The notes beneath the pieces are model-generated. The model was not told the DNA's origin. It made no database searches and saw nothing but the letters and a program-made list of their open reading frames with translations. A stretch of 64,000 nt of DNA from a virus (taxonomy: Duplodnaviria > Heunggongvirae > Uroviricota > Caudoviricetes), in the IMG/VR virus record IMGVR_UViG_3300003310_000099, positions 298,295 to 362,294 of that record; one strand, given 5' to 3'. Every line of letters starts with the position of its first letter. Position 1 is the first letter of the stretch. Below, one piece after another: positions 45,820 to 56,446 of the stretch. A program made the translations under genes and the position numbers.

Positions 45820-48800
45820 ATGGGAGCATGTCCTGGTATAAGTGGTGGGATAGATGTATTTACACAATGCTCAAGTGTTCCAGTAAATGCCGATAACATG
45901 TATTGTTGTTCTGGCATAGAAAATAAATTCATCAATTATGATGATCCTTATCTATTTGTTGCTGCGCCTAGTTGTGTAAATTTCAGTTTTTATTATAAAA
46001 ATGATGACAATCAGCCGATGTTGAAATCCCCTTTAAACGGCACTTCACAATCCCCTTGGGTAAGGGTAGCTTTTCAGGAATATTGTGTTGAGGGCAATCG
46101 TTCTATTGGTGCTACGAATCAAACTATTATCACTACTGGAAATGTATCACAGTATGGTGGCGACAATGCCGAAAAATGTACCGCCGCAATTAAAGCATTC
46201 CAATATGGTTGGGGAACCGTTGACTCTGGGAACCGTTGTAGAATAACAATTATTGACGAAGAAGGTGGCGGTTTTGAGACGTGGGCCAGAAGAATGGCAA
46301 CCAACGCAGAAGGCGCATCAGCACCAGTAAAAGGACAGTATAAGATGAAGGTGCAATGGGGCTGGTACATTGCAGGAGGAGGTCCAAACGATCAGTGTGG
46401 GCAAGGTGCGGCCCCACCTCCAACTGGAAACAACACATCTGACCCACCTCCTGGGCAAAATACTTCATATAGTATATGCAGCCCAACCTCATGGTTTTTG
46501 CCAGATGCAATCACAGTAAATTGGGAAAATGGCAAGTTTATATACACTTTAGAGGGCGTTGATTTACTAGTTAGAGGGCAAGAGCAAAGATTGAATAGAG
46601 TATTTGGGCAAGATGGCGGTAGCAATAACCCTTTTAATGTGCCGATGTTTTTTACGGATGCGGTCAAACTTTTAGGCACTTACTCAATGCCTCCTTTCAG
46701 ACCAAGGTTTTTATCCTTAAATGCTAGCGGCAAATTAGTCAGCATGAAATTCGCAAGAAGAAAAGGTCCATTGTTAGATGACGAGTGTAAAGGTCCATTT
46801 GCACAATGGCCAACAAGTGAGCTACCGCCCCTGGATATAATAAGAAGGTGGCTTAATGATTTTCCAGTATTGGCGATAGATCAAACAGGTAATATAGAAT
46901 CGCCAGACAAAAAAATAGGCATCACATTAAATTATGACTCTATATTGGACCTTACAAGCTCAACTGGTAAATTTCCAGTAGATAGTTGTGAAAAAGATAT
47001 ACAAGGATGCGGCAGCGACGACCCTACGTCATGTTGCGATCCTAAACTGCCAGAAGTGGGTTCTTTAATTTTGTGGGCTTCTAATGGCGTACCTCATTGT
47101 CAATCGAATGTAACTGGCTTAGATGACAGAATGAAAGCAGTTTATATTGTTAATGGGGGAAATTGCGTAAATGGAAGTAGTGAAATATTGACAGAAGATG
47201 GATGGCAAAGAATAAACAATATTGTTAAAAATAAATATGATGGAAAAGTAGCATGTTTAAATCAAAGTAATGAACTTACTTGGTCAAAAATAAACAATTG
47301 GTACAGAAATAAAATCAACGATAGAAAATTAATAAAAGTTCATTTACATAATAGTCGTCAAAGAAAAGGTAGCATTAGTGGAGCTATTTTCACTGATGAC
47401 CATCCAATACTAACTGACAGAGGTTATGTAGAAGTAAGACATTTGAACTTAGTAGAACATAAAATCAATTCTGGTACTTATCAGCCTTCAAAGGAAGTAC
47501 ACCAAGCAATATTAGGCATGATGTTAGGTGATGGATATATTCGTAATAAAAGTTACAGTTTTCATTGTGCCCATAGTGAAAAACAAAGAGCATACATTGA
47601 GCATAAAGCGACTATGCTTGACTTAAAAGTAATAAACAAGCCTACAAAATATCCTACTGTTAAAATTACATCCAAGTCATCTCCTTATTGGAGGTCATTA
47701 AGAAAGTTATTTTATCCTAATGGCACCAAGATAATTAATGGATATGTGTTAAAAGATTTTAGCATTATATCTTTAGCTTATCTTTTCATGGATGATGGGC
47801 ATTTGAAACTAAACAAAAAACTAGCAGAAATAGCGACTTGTGGATTTACGAACGAAGAAGTTGATTTATTAATGGATAAAATCCATGAATTGGGTATTAA
47901 ATGTTATAGAAGAAAGGGCAGCAAGTATCCAAGAATTCATTTTAGTGTAGATCAAACTAAAGTGTTGTCAGAAAAGATTGCTCCATATGTGATTGAGTCA
48001 ATGAATTATAAAATACTAGACCAACATAGATTTGTCAAGAAATTTAAACTAGATACAAAGCAAGAAATATTTTATGATACTTTTGATTTAGTAAGATGTG
48101 AAAAACTAGAAAAGGCAACAAAATTAGTTTATTGTATAGATGTAGACGATCATCATAATTTTATAACTCATTCTGGGGTTGTGCATAATTGTTCGCCAGT
48201 TCTTTCATTCAATCCAGTAGTCAGATGGCATTTCTTGTTAGGTCTGAAAGCTGGTGGTGTATCATTGCCAATATCTGGTAAACAAAGAAAGCAAACAGAA
48301 GGGTTGGCGGGAACTGGTTGTAATGTTCAAGGTGGACGAAGCGCACTGAGTCAACCTAATCCAAGTCAAGCTGTTGTTGGAACAATGGATCAGCCTGAAC
48401 AGCAAGTTGCTGTAGCAAGAGTTTTGCATACGGCAGGCAATTTGATGGTACACGCTATTGAGGCAGAATTAAGGGTACAGGGTGATCCTAGTGCTTGGCT
48501 ATGCTCACCTATTTCTGGGTTTGGCAAATGTGTGGGCATTATATTTATTAATCCATTTTTCTTAAAAGAAGATGCAATAGAGGGAAATTGTCCTGCTTTT
48601 AAACAAACTACTGCTAATGTATGCAATAATTTTTTAACAAATAAGGGGTGGTTCATAAAAGGTGTAGAGCATCAAGTTAAAGAAGGTAGTTATATTACTA
48701 CTATAAAATTAGCTTTGCCTGCGCCTGGGGCGGAATTAAAATTCAGTAGTGATGGTGGTGTAATTACTGGTGTTGGTGGATGGCCAGGTGGCGCTAAAAT

Positions 48801-48978
48801 GAATTTTGGTGGAACAAACGCAACTATTAAGCAATACCCACAAGGAGATGTGGCGGCTAATTGGCAAACAGTGCCATACGATAATCCTGGTCCTGATTGC
48901 CCAACCGTATGTTATCAGGGCGGCGGTTCAGGCATACAGCCTCCAAATGTTGATTGTCCAGAACCTGTCGGAGGATAA
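45820..48978 (+). CDS. baseplate hub protein (gp27/gpD-like) containing an intein
   Basis: Synteny; AELRVQGDP and GWFIKGVEHQVKEGSYITTIKL C-terminal hub signature. Confidence 0.7.
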   Translation: MGACPGISGGIDVFTQCSSVPVNADNMYCCSGIENKFINYDDPYLFVAAPSCVNFSFYYKNDDNQPMLKSPLNGTSQSPWVRVAFQEYCVEGNRSIGATNQTIITTGNVSQYGGDNAEKCTAAIKAFQYGWGTVDSGNRCRITIIDEEGGGFETWARRMATNAEGASAPVKGQYKMKVQWGWYIAGGGPNDQCGQGAAPPPTGNNTSDPPPGQNTSYSICSPTSWFLPDAITVNWENGKFIYTLEGVDLLVRGQEQRLNRVFGQDGGSNNPFNVPMFFTDAVKLLGTYSMPPFRPRFLSLNASGKLVSMKFARRKGPLLDDECKGPFAQWPTSELPPLDIIRRWLNDFPVLAIDQTGNIESPDKKIGITLNYDSILDLTSSTGKFPVDSCEKDIQGCGSDDPTSCCDPKLPEVGSLILWASNGVPHCQSNVTGLDDRMKAVYIVNGGNCVNGSSEILTEDGWQRINNIVKNKYDGKVACLNQSNELTWSKINNWYRNKINDRKLIKVHLHNSRQRKGSISGAIFTDDHPILTDRGYVEVRHLNLVEHKINSGTYQPSKEVHQAILGMMLGDGYIRNKSYSFHCAHSEKQRAYIEHKATMLDLKVINKPTKYPTVKITSKSSPYWRSLRKLFYPNGTKIINGYVLKDFSIISLAYLFMDDGHLKLNKKLAEIATCGFTNEEVDLLMDKIHELGIKCYRRKGSKYPRIHFSVDQTKVLSEKIAPYVIESMNYKILDQHRFVKKFKLDTKQEIFYDTFDLVRCEKLEKATKLVYCIDVDDHHNFITHSGVVHNCSPVLSFNPVVRWHFLLGLKAGGVSLPISGKQRKQTEGLAGTGCNVQGGRSALSQPNPSQAVVGTMDQPEQQVAVARVLHTAGNLMVHAIEAELRVQGDPSAWLCSPISGFGKCVGIIFINPFFLKEDAIEGNCPAFKQTTANVCNNFLTNKGWFIKGVEHQVKEGSYITTIKLALPAPGAELKFSSDGGVITGVGGWPGGAKMNFGGTNATIKQYPQGDVAANWQTVPYDNPGPDCPTVCYQGGGSGIQPPNVDCPEPVGG
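47164..48189 (+). mobile_element. Intein with LAGLIDADG homing endonuclease (342 aa)
   Basis: N|CVNGSSEILT start, TDDHPILT block B, LGMMLGDG and YLFMDDG blocks, VYCIDVDDHHNF...VHN|C end. Confidence 0.95.
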
Positions 48979-51179
48979 TGATAAAAGAATCTTTAGAAAA
49001 AATATGGAAGATGATTAATCGTCATGAGCAACGATTAAAAGAAATGAACTTCAATGAACAGTTTAATGCTCTGTTCAATAAAAAATTCAACATTTTACAG
49101 CAAATGAACAGCTATTATGGCGTTCATTTAGCTCTTTGTATTGATACGCGCGATCCTTTCAAACAAAATCGAGTAAAATATTTTAGTCCTGTGTTACATA
49201 CCCCGCTTGAATTTAGCGGACTTGGTTTGCCAGGAGGTGGTACTGGACCTAGCCAAGTTACTAAGATATCAGAATTAGAATGGGCTTGGCCGATTTCTTC
49301 TATGGGTGGCTTTGATGACTGTGGTTTGAATTGGGTGCCACCTCCAGGCTCTATGCTAGCTATTATGTTCCTTAATGGCGATGCCAATCAAGCATACTAT
49401 ATCGGTACTACATGGTATAGAGATAAAGGCCCAATACAACACGATAATTGGAACTATCAAATACCCGAATATTACAAAGTATATGAAGGTCATCGTCAAG
49501 GTTACATGGTTGGTAAGAATGATGAGTCACAAGTTTTCCCACCACAGAACACTGACAATTACCAAGGTTTTGATGTAGAAGGCAATATAGATATAGATGT
49601 AAACCCTGACCCAAGTATATTAACAACTTATCCACACATCTACAGCATCAATACACCAGAAAAACATCGTGTAATAATGGACGATGGCGATCCAAAATGT
49701 AATCGTAGGTGGAAAAGACTTGAAATAATTTCCAGTATGGGCAATCTATTTTTGATGAAAGATGACCCATATCATCATTGTGGGGAATGGTTAAATCCGC
49801 AGTGCTTCATACCAGCAGTAGATATTATCCCAGAAGTGTGCCAAATATCCATTACAACATACGTTCCCGATGGTGGTGCAATATCTAATATTATTACTTT
49901 TGAACCTCAAGGCAGTCAATATCCTTGCCCGCAAGGACCAGATAACTGCCCAAGACTTGGCGGTGATGATGGTAGTGGTTTACCAGATTATACTTTAGAT
50001 CAAGAATACCTTGGCACTGAGTTCCTGTGTCCTTCTAAAACGCCATTCCCAGAAGTAGTGCTGCCTCAAATACCAGAAGATTGTTTAAACGGCATTATCA
50101 ATGGTTTAACGGATATTTGTTTCACTTTTAACAACCTTGGTAAGAACAAATATCAAAAACATAGACAACAATGTTTCCCATATTATTGTCAAGATTGTGG
50201 TCTATTACAGTCTGGTATTCAAATACGCTCACGTTCTGGGGCAACATTGGTCATGGATGATTCGGTAGAAGAACCAAGAGAAAGAACTGAATGGGAAAGA
50301 ACACTTAAAGAATTTGATATGGATGGCTGCACAGGCAACTTCAAGGGCAGAACTTACTGGAAGTCTGCAACTGGACATTATATAGAGATGGCAGATATAG
50401 AAGTTCAACCATCACTGAGAAGTGAAAGAAACGGCATTAATATAGTGACTGCTTGTGGCAACAAAATTTGTTTAAATGACCACACTAAGCCTGGTTGTAT
50501 CGCTGGAGAATTGCGTGGGATTCACATAGAAAGTACATCTAAACATCAGATTGACCTCTGCGACAATACGAACAAGCAGTGTAGTGATATTAGAAGAGGG
50601 TGCGAGAAGGGCGGGCCTTATGCTAAGAAGGCATTTGTTAGGATTAGAAGTGGTTATGGTTTGACAATGACTTTTGCTGATGCTGACGATCAGACCAAGA
50701 CAGATCAGCAATACATTCAAATTATGTCTCCTCAAAAGGATAATTTGATTAGGGGTCCACACGTTTTCCACATGCAAGAGAAGGCAGATGGACCTGGGCA
50801 GGTGTTTTTAAGAGCGGGTGGTGATTACATTGTTTACTCGTATGACCAATTTGTTGAGGTTGTAGGTGAGGAAAAAGACAATCCATCTGATAAGATGGAA
50901 TTCATTTCTCGTAACAAGTTGGTTAGTGTAAGAAATGTTTATTACAACAAATCGGGCACGCATGTATTCTGGGCGGATGACTATATATTCTTATTAGCGG
51001 GCAGGGATATTCCAAATGGCCCTGTGGGTAAAGGCGATCCTGTAATATATCCTGTTTGCGTTGCTTACGAACAAATTCCTGAATATGTTTCACATGTGAC
51101 TGGTATTAAGGCTAGTGAACATGTATTCGCTTCGGCTTTGAAGGAACCTGAAGAATGTGAAGGAATTGCAAGTGATTAA
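48978..51179 (+). CDS. baseplate spike, gp5/VgrG OB-fold protein
   Basis: DPFKQNRVK, WAWP, VPPPGS...FLNGD...YYIG; repeated SG/TGHxIxxxD beta-helix units. Confidence 0.8.
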   Translation: MIKESLEKIWKMINRHEQRLKEMNFNEQFNALFNKKFNILQQMNSYYGVHLALCIDTRDPFKQNRVKYFSPVLHTPLEFSGLGLPGGGTGPSQVTKISELEWAWPISSMGGFDDCGLNWVPPPGSMLAIMFLNGDANQAYYIGTTWYRDKGPIQHDNWNYQIPEYYKVYEGHRQGYMVGKNDESQVFPPQNTDNYQGFDVEGNIDIDVNPDPSILTTYPHIYSINTPEKHRVIMDDGDPKCNRRWKRLEIISSMGNLFLMKDDPYHHCGEWLNPQCFIPAVDIIPEVCQISITTYVPDGGAISNIITFEPQGSQYPCPQGPDNCPRLGGDDGSGLPDYTLDQEYLGTEFLCPSKTPFPEVVLPQIPEDCLNGIINGLTDICFTFNNLGKNKYQKHRQQCFPYYCQDCGLLQSGIQIRSRSGATLVMDDSVEEPRERTEWERTLKEFDMDGCTGNFKGRTYWKSATGHYIEMADIEVQPSLRSERNGINIVTACGNKICLNDHTKPGCIAGELRGIHIESTSKHQIDLCDNTNKQCSDIRRGCEKGGPYAKKAFVRIRSGYGLTMTFADADDQTKTDQQYIQIMSPQKDNLIRGPHVFHMQEKADGPGQVFLRAGGDYIVYSYDQFVEVVGEEKDNPSDKMEFISRNKLVSVRNVYYNKSGTHVFWADDYIFLLAGRDIPNGPVGKGDPVIYPVCVAYEQIPEYVSHVTGIKASEHVFASALKEPEECEGIASD

Positions 51180-51190
51180 TAAGGAAATCC

Positions 51191-51604
51191 ATGCTTAAAT
51201 ATAAAGGAATAGTATATCCATTAAGCAAACACCACCAAGGTTTCTTGCATAACGCAAGCTCTGACTTGGAGCAACTGAAATGCAATATGGCTACTATTAT
51301 TTTAACAGAGCCTGGGGAAAGGGTTTGTGAACCTTATTTTGGTACTGTCCTGCTTAGGGTTAATTTAAACCGTCCTGAAGAAGTTGTTAAAGATTCATTT
51401 AGACAAAATGTTGCATATGCTTTGAAACAGTGGGAAAAGCGAGTGCAGGTTCAAGATGTTAAGATTAATCTAAATGTATATGAAAATAATTTGATAGTTA
51501 TGGTAAGTGTATATTTCATCAATCCTTTCAATTTGAAAGATATAGAGGAATTACACATTCAGAAATCTCTTGGAGGAATTGATGGCCGACCTATGCCCTT
51601 TTGA
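51191..51604 (+). CDS. baseplate wedge gp25-like protein
   Basis: ILTEPGERVCEPYFGT...WEKRV. Confidence 0.9.
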   Translation: MLKYKGIVYPLSKHHQGFLHNASSDLEQLKCNMATIILTEPGERVCEPYFGTVLLRVNLNRPEEVVKDSFRQNVAYALKQWEKRVQVQDVKINLNVYENNLIVMVSVYFINPFNLKDIEELHIQKSLGGIDGRPMPF

Positions 51605-53150
51605 TGTAACACCATTGGCAGTGTCAAAAATGATAACACAAACTCCAGTTTATAACTTAAACTATACGAGTCAGGATTATCATTCAATGAAAGCAAGAAT
51701 GCTAGAACTTATGCATAGTAATTTTGGCAATGAGTTTAACGATTTTGCTGAGTCAAGTATGGCAGTGATGCTCATTGAATGCTGGGCTTGGTTGGCTGAT
51801 CTACTGTCATTCAAAATAGACCAGATTGCTAGAGAATTGTTCATTGACACAGTTACAGAACCTGAAAATGCTTTTAGACTAGCAAAACTGCTAGGTTTTA
51901 GACCACAGCCACCATTACCAGCTAGAGCTATGTTCATGGCATCCAAAAATAGCCCACACTCTTTGGACATTTCAATACCGACACCCGCAGTAGTGATATT
52001 GGAGACAGATGCTAATGAAATACGTTATGAATTATTTGCAGCAGACGTAAACAACAACCCTATTTTTGGGCAAAACATAATTATACCCGCTGGGCGTACA
52101 TTCAACAATTCGATAGTCGGATTAGAAGGTTCGAGTCATAACATCAGGCATGTAAGTACAGGCAAAGCAAATCAAGTTGTGAGTCTGCCATATGCATCTG
52201 TTTTTTATAACTCCATAAGTATAACTTCAAAAGATATTATTTGGGAACAAGTTGAAAACTTCACGGAATCAAGAGCTAAGCCAGAGTATATTGTCGAGTA
52301 TGATGCAGACTATAAACCAACCATAATATTTGGCAATGGCAGAACGGGTATGATACCACCGCAAAACATGGAGCTAAAAATAAGTTTCAGAATTGCGAAT
52401 AGAACTACGACTGAAATTATTACTGGTGCTTTTGAGAACAAGTCTTTTATCACTGTGCCTGGGATTCCTTATGGGATAACAATAGATTTTAAAAACTATA
52501 CTAAAAGTGATTACGGATATCCAGGTGACTCTATCAATGAAATCAGAAGGAAGTTGCCAGAGTTTTTGCGGACACAAAACAGAGGTGTAACAGGTGCCGA
52601 TTATAAAAATTTAGCTAATGGTTTTATGTCTCCATATAATGGTTCAATAGGCAAGGCTACAGCCGTACTAAGAAATCATGGATGTGCAGGCAATATCGTT
52701 GACATTATAGTATTATCGCAAACTGGTAATTACAAACTAGTGAAGGCCAATGATAATTTAAAAACGGAACTTATTGAACACTTAAATAATAAGAAGATGT
52801 TTACAGATTATTTATGTGTGAAAGATGGAGAAATAATCTTAGTAGATATTCATCTGGACGTTGTGTTAAATAAGATTAACAAGAAAGCAGAGGATGCCAT
52901 CAGGAGAAAAATAATAGATATACTGGATTGGTTTTTTGATTTACCTAATTGGGAGTTTGGCCAGTCGCTTAAAGACACAGACGTAATAAAGGCTTTATCC
53001 GAAGTACAAGAAGCAACAAGTTTCGGCGTTACTTTTATTACACCACAAAATATCGACATGTTGGATAATGCAGTAAACCCTAAATATAACGAGATAGTAA
53101 GGCCAGATAACATCAATATAAATTTCAATTATAAATCTTCTGGAGAATAA
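51582..53150 (+). CDS. baseplate wedge gp6 / baseplate J-like protein
   Basis: NYTSQDY, NDFAESS, FGNGRTGMIPP, QNRGVTGADY. Confidence 0.9.
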   Translation: MADLCPFDVTPLAVSKMITQTPVYNLNYTSQDYHSMKARMLELMHSNFGNEFNDFAESSMAVMLIECWAWLADLLSFKIDQIARELFIDTVTEPENAFRLAKLLGFRPQPPLPARAMFMASKNSPHSLDISIPTPAVVILETDANEIRYELFAADVNNNPIFGQNIIIPAGRTFNNSIVGLEGSSHNIRHVSTGKANQVVSLPYASVFYNSISITSKDIIWEQVENFTESRAKPEYIVEYDADYKPTIIFGNGRTGMIPPQNMELKISFRIANRTTTEIITGAFENKSFITVPGIPYGITIDFKNYTKSDYGYPGDSINEIRRKLPEFLRTQNRGVTGADYKNLANGFMSPYNGSIGKATAVLRNHGCAGNIVDIIVLSQTGNYKLVKANDNLKTELIEHLNNKKMFTDYLCVKDGEIILVDIHLDVVLNKINKKAEDAIRRKIIDILDWFFDLPNWEFGQSLKDTDVIKALSEVQEATSFGVTFITPQNIDMLDNAVNPKYNEIVRPDNININFNYKSSGE

Positions 53151-54980
53151 ATGGGAATTAAAAAGTATACGGATAATCCCACTATAAATGATACCATTAT
53201 TTTCGATCTGACCACAGAGAGTGATGATGGTATGTATGCAGACCCATTCTCCGTTGAAAAAATAACAATATTTTACTTAGAAAAGAGAGCAAATAACAAT
53301 AAGAGAAAAATAGAAAAGAAATTCTACAATCCAGACCTGCAAAAAAACTACGAGGAATTTAAAGAAATAGCTTTAAATGATCCTTCACATGGTAATATAA
53401 AATTACTGAAAGATATTAAAACAAAGCTTGATACGACTGCTACAAGTACAGACATTTATTATAGAGAAGCACAGTTTGTCATGTCAACGCTTGCTCCGAT
53501 CTGGACGGCAGATGGCAAAGTAAGAAATATTGTTAATATTACAGATAAGAATAAAAATCCTATTCCTGGCAGGTTCTTTTTTGCATGGATGCCTAAAGGC
53601 ATGAGAGAAGGCGATTATATTATTAGATGGGAATGGTTTAATGAAAACAATGGCAATATAAAATCGGCAGAAAAAGTGTTTAGTATAAGTCCAAGTCAAG
53701 AAATATCAACAAACAATGTGAACTTGGTGCCTAGAGACAAATACGATTTTTTGTTAAGGAAATATATTCCAGCGATGTATTTCGTCAAAACCAAAGTAAA
53801 CGATTTAACCCCAAATGTTTTGGAAAAACTGAACAAAACAATTGGGCAATGTTTTATTGAAATCGAGGACATGGTAAGTAATCTTTTTACGCTGTCCGAT
53901 GCAAACTCCATCAAGGCAGATTTTTTGCCGTTGTTAGCTAACAATTTCGGCCTCACCTTAAGGTCAGATAGCACAGATGCTTGGAGAAATCAAATAAGAT
54001 TTGCCTCTAGATTATACAAAAAGAAAGGCACTTATGAAGGTCTAAAACAGGCTTTAGACAAAGCTGGGATTACTCTTCTGAAGCTTACTAATCTTTGGCA
54101 AGTCGTTTCTAAGTGCAATTGGATGGACGGATTTTTAATAGATAAAGACATAAACTTAGACACACAGATTATAGGATATTTGTCTAAAAAGCCTATTAAT
54201 GACGATATAAGTATTGATATTAGGTCTTCTGATAGTGATGAGTATCTTGTGCTTCCTAAAGACATTATTAGTTTTCAAGAGGTGCAGGCACCTGAAACAA
54301 AGACAGCAATTGTTTGGCAGGGCGGCTACACAGACCCACAGATACCCTTGATTAAGGGTGATATTATCAGGATCAAATACCAATATAACAGGGTTTCAGA
54401 CAATGACTTAGCTATTGAAAAATATATAGAAGGGCTATCCTTAGCCGACCAAAGAAATGAACTGGAAGTAAAATACCCACTCAAAAACTGGAATATAAAG
54501 CTCATAGAGGAAGACGATCCTTTGTTCGATTTATTGGTAAAAGAAAGAAATCCTTTCTATCCACAAACTGTGTTTGGCAAGATCAGAACCACGTTTCTTT
54601 ATAGTGAAAAAGTATTCAATATGGACACCTATAATGGTAGTTTATACAACTCCAATAATCCGTGTGATATTGACAAAGATTTCGTAGATACTTGCAGTGG
54701 TGGACGAAGTAGTAAATTTAATGTATATCTAGAATTCGATAAAGTGACTGACGATAAAATTAAAGAAGCAAAAGAAATCATTATAGATTATTCGCCATTC
54801 CATGCTATTTTACATAATATAATCATAAGCAGCAAAACAACCGATTATGTTTTGCCACCTGTTGAGTCAATCAAAAACGATATCAAAGAAGATAAGAAGA
54901 AAGAAAAAATAAGTTTTGGTGAGGCTATTAACTGCAAAATAAAATACAAAGATGGAAGGGAATTGGAGGGAATAATATGA
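53151..54980 (+). CDS. baseplate/tail protein (P2 gpI / gp7-like)
   Basis: FLPLLANNFG...WRNQI...YKKKGTYEGL; PFH near C-terminus. Confidence 0.75.
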   Translation: MGIKKYTDNPTINDTIIFDLTTESDDGMYADPFSVEKITIFYLEKRANNNKRKIEKKFYNPDLQKNYEEFKEIALNDPSHGNIKLLKDIKTKLDTTATSTDIYYREAQFVMSTLAPIWTADGKVRNIVNITDKNKNPIPGRFFFAWMPKGMREGDYIIRWEWFNENNGNIKSAEKVFSISPSQEISTNNVNLVPRDKYDFLLRKYIPAMYFVKTKVNDLTPNVLEKLNKTIGQCFIEIEDMVSNLFTLSDANSIKADFLPLLANNFGLTLRSDSTDAWRNQIRFASRLYKKKGTYEGLKQALDKAGITLLKLTNLWQVVSKCNWMDGFLIDKDINLDTQIIGYLSKKPINDDISIDIRSSDSDEYLVLPKDIISFQEVQAPETKTAIVWQGGYTDPQIPLIKGDIIRIKYQYNRVSDNDLAIEKYIEGLSLADQRNELEVKYPLKNWNIKLIEEDDPLFDLLVKERNPFYPQTVFGKIRTTFLYSEKVFNMDTYNGSLYNSNNPCDIDKDFVDTCSGGRSSKFNVYLEFDKVTDDKIKEAKEIIIDYSPFHAILHNIIISSKTTDYVLPPVESIKNDIKEDKKKEKISFGEAINCKIKYKDGRELEGII

Positions 54981-55441
54981 ATGAATTATTAGTACCTAAA
55001 GGATACATTCAGGCTAGAATAAAATACAAAAATGACAAAATTGAAATATTGAGGTTTAAAAACCAAGTATTAAATAACGGGAAGAGTTTTCTGGCGAGAT
55101 GTTTGCTAGAAGAAAATAAAAGCACTGTTCATGTCGCAAACATGCTTTTTGGAGATGGCGGCACTGTAAACGGTAATCCAAAAGAAGTTTCTCCAAGTGC
55201 GCAACATTTAAATGGTGTGACCAGGATTAAGAAGTCAGTGGTTTCACAAATTGATCCTGAGTCACCAATGCAGGCTATTTTTACAGTCATTATTGGCGAA
55301 GAAGAAGGTAATGATTTCACCATGAATGAAATGGGCCTTGAGCTTAGTGATGAAAGTCTTTTTAGCTTATCAACTTTTGCAGATTTCAACAAAACAGACC
55401 AAATGGAAATTACTTGGAGTTGGTCCATCGCATTCATGTAA
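54977..55441 (+). CDS. tail-collar/baseplate-associated protein
   Basis: NQVLNNGK, FGDGG, NEMGL, KT..MEI.W.W. Confidence 0.65.
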   Translation: MNELLVPKGYIQARIKYKNDKIEILRFKNQVLNNGKSFLARCLLEENKSTVHVANMLFGDGGTVNGNPKEVSPSAQHLNGVTRIKKSVVSQIDPESPMQAIFTVIIGEEEGNDFTMNEMGLELSDESLFSLSTFADFNKTDQMEITWSWSIAFM

Positions 55442-55449
55442 GAGGTAGA

Positions 55450-55968
55450 ATGTATAAATTATATAAATACAAGCCCATAAAAATAGGGTTTGTAATCCTG
55501 TGTCAAAATTGCAATTTTGCACACCTTAAAAACACATTAAATTCAATAAATGTCTATTATCCTACTGCCAAAACAACCTTGGTTGTCCAAGATAAATGTG
55601 AAGGCTACCCAAAAGCCATAAAGGGTGGGGACACACTGATATCTATGATGAACAAAGGTTTGAAAGAACTGTCTGCCGAATGGAATTTAATTGTATATGC
55701 AGATGGATGGATTAAGGATCGGTTGGATATTAAGTATTCTTATTTCATAGAATCAAATAAAGACATTCTCTACCCAATATCAAAAAGCAGAAGCACTAAT
55801 TACAATTTTATATCCCATGATAAAGGAATGATGATACATAAAAAAGCATTTGCAGATATAGGAGAATTCCCAGATGAATCTACGGAAATAAGTAGATTGG
55901 CGTGGGCGGCATCAGCTTTGGATAAAGGGTACAAATTTAAAGGGGTGGTTGGCGGCAGGTTTTTTTAA
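55450..55968 (+). CDS. glycosyltransferase-like protein (GT-A, degenerate)
   Basis: GFVIL...TLNSI...MNKGLK...MIHKKAFADIGEF. Confidence 0.5.
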   Translation: MYKLYKYKPIKIGFVILCQNCNFAHLKNTLNSINVYYPTAKTTLVVQDKCEGYPKAIKGGDTLISMMNKGLKELSAEWNLIVYADGWIKDRLDIKYSYFIESNKDILYPISKSRSTNYNFISHDKGMMIHKKAFADIGEFPDESTEISRLAWAASALDKGYKFKGVVGGRFF

Positions 55969-56004
55969 GTTTAAAATTGATAGCATAACAACTATTATAT
56001 CTTT

Positions 56005-56436
56005 ATGCCAAATATAATTCAAGATTTTACTAATAGTATTGGAATTGCCATTACTTTAGACAGTTTAGCGAACGGTAGTTCAGCTGTTTCATCCGCCATT
56101 AATAATAGCACAACTAGATATCTTTCAGGAAATATTCAGGTCAAAATCAGAACAGGTATTGGCACATCTGCAACTGGTACTGTAACCATCTACATTTTGA
56201 GAAGCGTAGATGGCGGTGTAACTTATGATGATACTAATGCTAATGCTGAAATCATGGGTGTATTTAATGCTAATGTAGACGCTACGGATTATAGGTTCAG
56301 TGTTGATACTAACGTTGTAGGCAGTTTACCTGATTATTGGAAGCTCGCTGTAACTAATAATAGTGGTGCCGCATTTGATGCTACACCTGCTAATTTCAGT
56401 GTAACCATGTTGGCTAAATCACTATTAATTGTATAA
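56005..56436 (+). CDS. hypothetical beta-rich virion protein
   Basis: 143-aa Thr/Asn/Ser-rich ORF. Confidence 0.75.
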   Translation: MPNIIQDFTNSIGIAITLDSLANGSSAVSSAINNSTTRYLSGNIQVKIRTGIGTSATGTVTIYILRSVDGGVTYDDTNANAEIMGVFNANVDATDYRFSVDTNVVGSLPDYWKLAVTNNSGAAFDATPANFSVTMLAKSLLIV

Positions 56437-56446
56437 AAAAGGAAGC

